Origin: Mytilus edulis
Lineage: Eukaryota
DNA length: 64,000 nucleotides
NCBI RefSeq assembly: GCF_963676685.1
Contig: NC_092349.1
Span: 58,218,001-58,282,000, forward strand
Direction of reading: 5' to 3'
A program made the position numbers and the translations under genes. The notes under the pieces are model-generated. The model was not told the DNA's origin. It saw only the letters and a program-made list of their open reading frames with translations, and did not search any database. Positions 62,751 to 64,000 of the stretch are shown piece after piece; position 1 is the first letter of the stretch; every line of letters begins with the position of its first letter.

Positions 62751-63794
62751 ATGAGTGAGACAGGGAACCCAACAGAAAAGAAAATGTCTCAAAACCAGAC
62801 ACCATCCGTACAGTCAGTAGAATCATCACAGTCTCAGGAGTTATGCACTTCGACTGAATACACTGGTAGTCAAAAGTCTGTTATTTCTTTATCTACCACC
62901 TCTATATCACAAACAAACAGTCAGTCATCAGTAATCTCTTTATCAACCGAACTATCTGAAGATGACATGTTTAACAATGTCAGCACAGAACCTTCAGATT
63001 CAGATACATGCTCAACCAGCACTCCAAATCAGTTCATTGATCTCAGAAATTTTTATCCATCTGTTGTTAGATATTGCCAAGGACTTACTGTTCTTACTGG
63101 AAGTTCCAATAAAACATCGTCCACGATGACTGATATTCAGATCCTTATGACCAACGGCAGTGATAAACGATTATTACCAGAAAATATGCCTACATATTTT
63201 AATGATCCGAAGAGTTCACTTGAATCTGGGCAAAATCAACCTGCCTATGTCCTGTTAAAGTCAAACAAGGTTATATGTATTCTGATTGACAATATAGAGC
63301 CTGGACAATACATTCTAAAAAGGTTTTGTAAGAAGGTCAAAGTCATGCACGAGAAGGTGGTTACTGATAAAGATTTAAAAAATGTAAATGTAAGTAAAGC
63401 AATTGTTTCAAAGTATAGTGGACCTGTTACCGATGATTATCAGGGAGATTCACAGATTTTTATATTGGGATCATTTCACAAGCAACCATTGAACTTTAAA
63501 ATGATATCCACACATCAGCCATTATCCACAAAACTTGCCTTGCTTGAACAAGACGAAACACAAACACTACTTGAACAGACAAGTTCGGCAAAACATGACC
63601 AAATATTTTTACAGATGATTAACAACGCTGTAAAACAAATGAAAACTGTCACAACAAAGAAAAGCAGGAAGAAGAAACTTAAATCAGACATTAATAACAA
63701 TTTGGATGGATTGGAAAATGACTTTAATGAACCAGTGAAAAAGAAACCTAAATTCCAACTGAGGATTGTTCTAAAGAACAAGGAATTAGTCTGA
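62751..63794 (+). CDS. Hypothetical protein (S/T-rich N-terminus, globular core, basic NLS-like C-terminus), 347 aa from the first ATG
   Basis: 1.1-kb open frame in strongly AT-rich DNA; acceptor-like TTTTCAG at 62613-62619; KKSRKKKLK and PVKKKPK. No family recognised. Confidence 0.55.
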   Translation: MSETGNPTEKKMSQNQTPSVQSVESSQSQELCTSTEYTGSQKSVISLSTTSISQTNSQSSVISLSTELSEDDMFNNVSTEPSDSDTCSTSTPNQFIDLRNFYPSVVRYCQGLTVLTGSSNKTSSTMTDIQILMTNGSDKRLLPENMPTYFNDPKSSLESGQNQPAYVLLKSNKVICILIDNIEPGQYILKRFCKKVKVMHEKVVTDKDLKNVNVSKAIVSKYSGPVTDDYQGDSQIFILGSFHKQPLNFKMISTHQPLSTKLALLEQDETQTLLEQTSSAKHDQIFLQMINNAVKQMKTVTTKKSRKKKLKSDINNNLDGLENDFNEPVKKKPKFQLRIVLKNKELV

Positions 63795-63801
63795 AGAAAT
63801 C

Positions 63802-64000
63802 TAAAACTAATTTAAGCCAGGACAATCACTGATATACATGGACGGTAATAAGTCTGTGATAATAGGCAAGAATTGACTTCGCTTGTTAAATAGAACAAGG
63901 AACATTAAAAACTCGTGCAGTAATATAAAACTAATTTAAGCCAGGAAAATCAGTGATATACAGTGGTGGTAACAATACTTTGATAATAGACAAGAATTGA
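63802..64000 (+). repeat. ~124-bp tandem repeat running off the window
   Basis: TAAAACTAATTTAAGCCAGGA at 63802 and 63926, each followed by similar sequence up to CAAGAATTGA. Confidence 0.75.

Overview
AT-rich, intron-containing animal DNA. The gene families and repeat landscape are typical of a bivalve mollusc, most likely a Mytilus-type mussel (inferred, not verified). Protein-coding content: three intronless, RING-less TRIM-like paralogues (B-box/B-box/coiled coil/NHL-like propeller, minus strand, 2.7-23.3 kb); a 7-coding-exon ketohexokinase (minus, 28577-40911); a 9-exon uncharacterised coiled-coil gene (plus, 45089-52366); a single-exon Toll-like receptor (minus, 57001-59145); and an orphan Ser/Thr-rich ORF at the right end. 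Intergenic and intronic space is packed with transposons, often nested: Helitron and Helentron/HINE-like elements, a Mutator-like MITE, two Ginger-like elements with integrase remnants, 5-bp-TSD hAT-like elements, TTAA-type MITEs, a tRNA-derived SINE and broken LINEs. The most striking unannotated object is a 2970-bp element (6207-9176) between TRIM copies 1 and 2. It has ~490-bp terminal inverted repeats that both begin with the exact V(D)J RSS heptamer CACAGTG and a perfect 5-bp TSD (ATTAC), i.e. a candidate non-autonomous Transib/RAG-like transposon. All gene models and TE classifications were made by eye, with no database searches.
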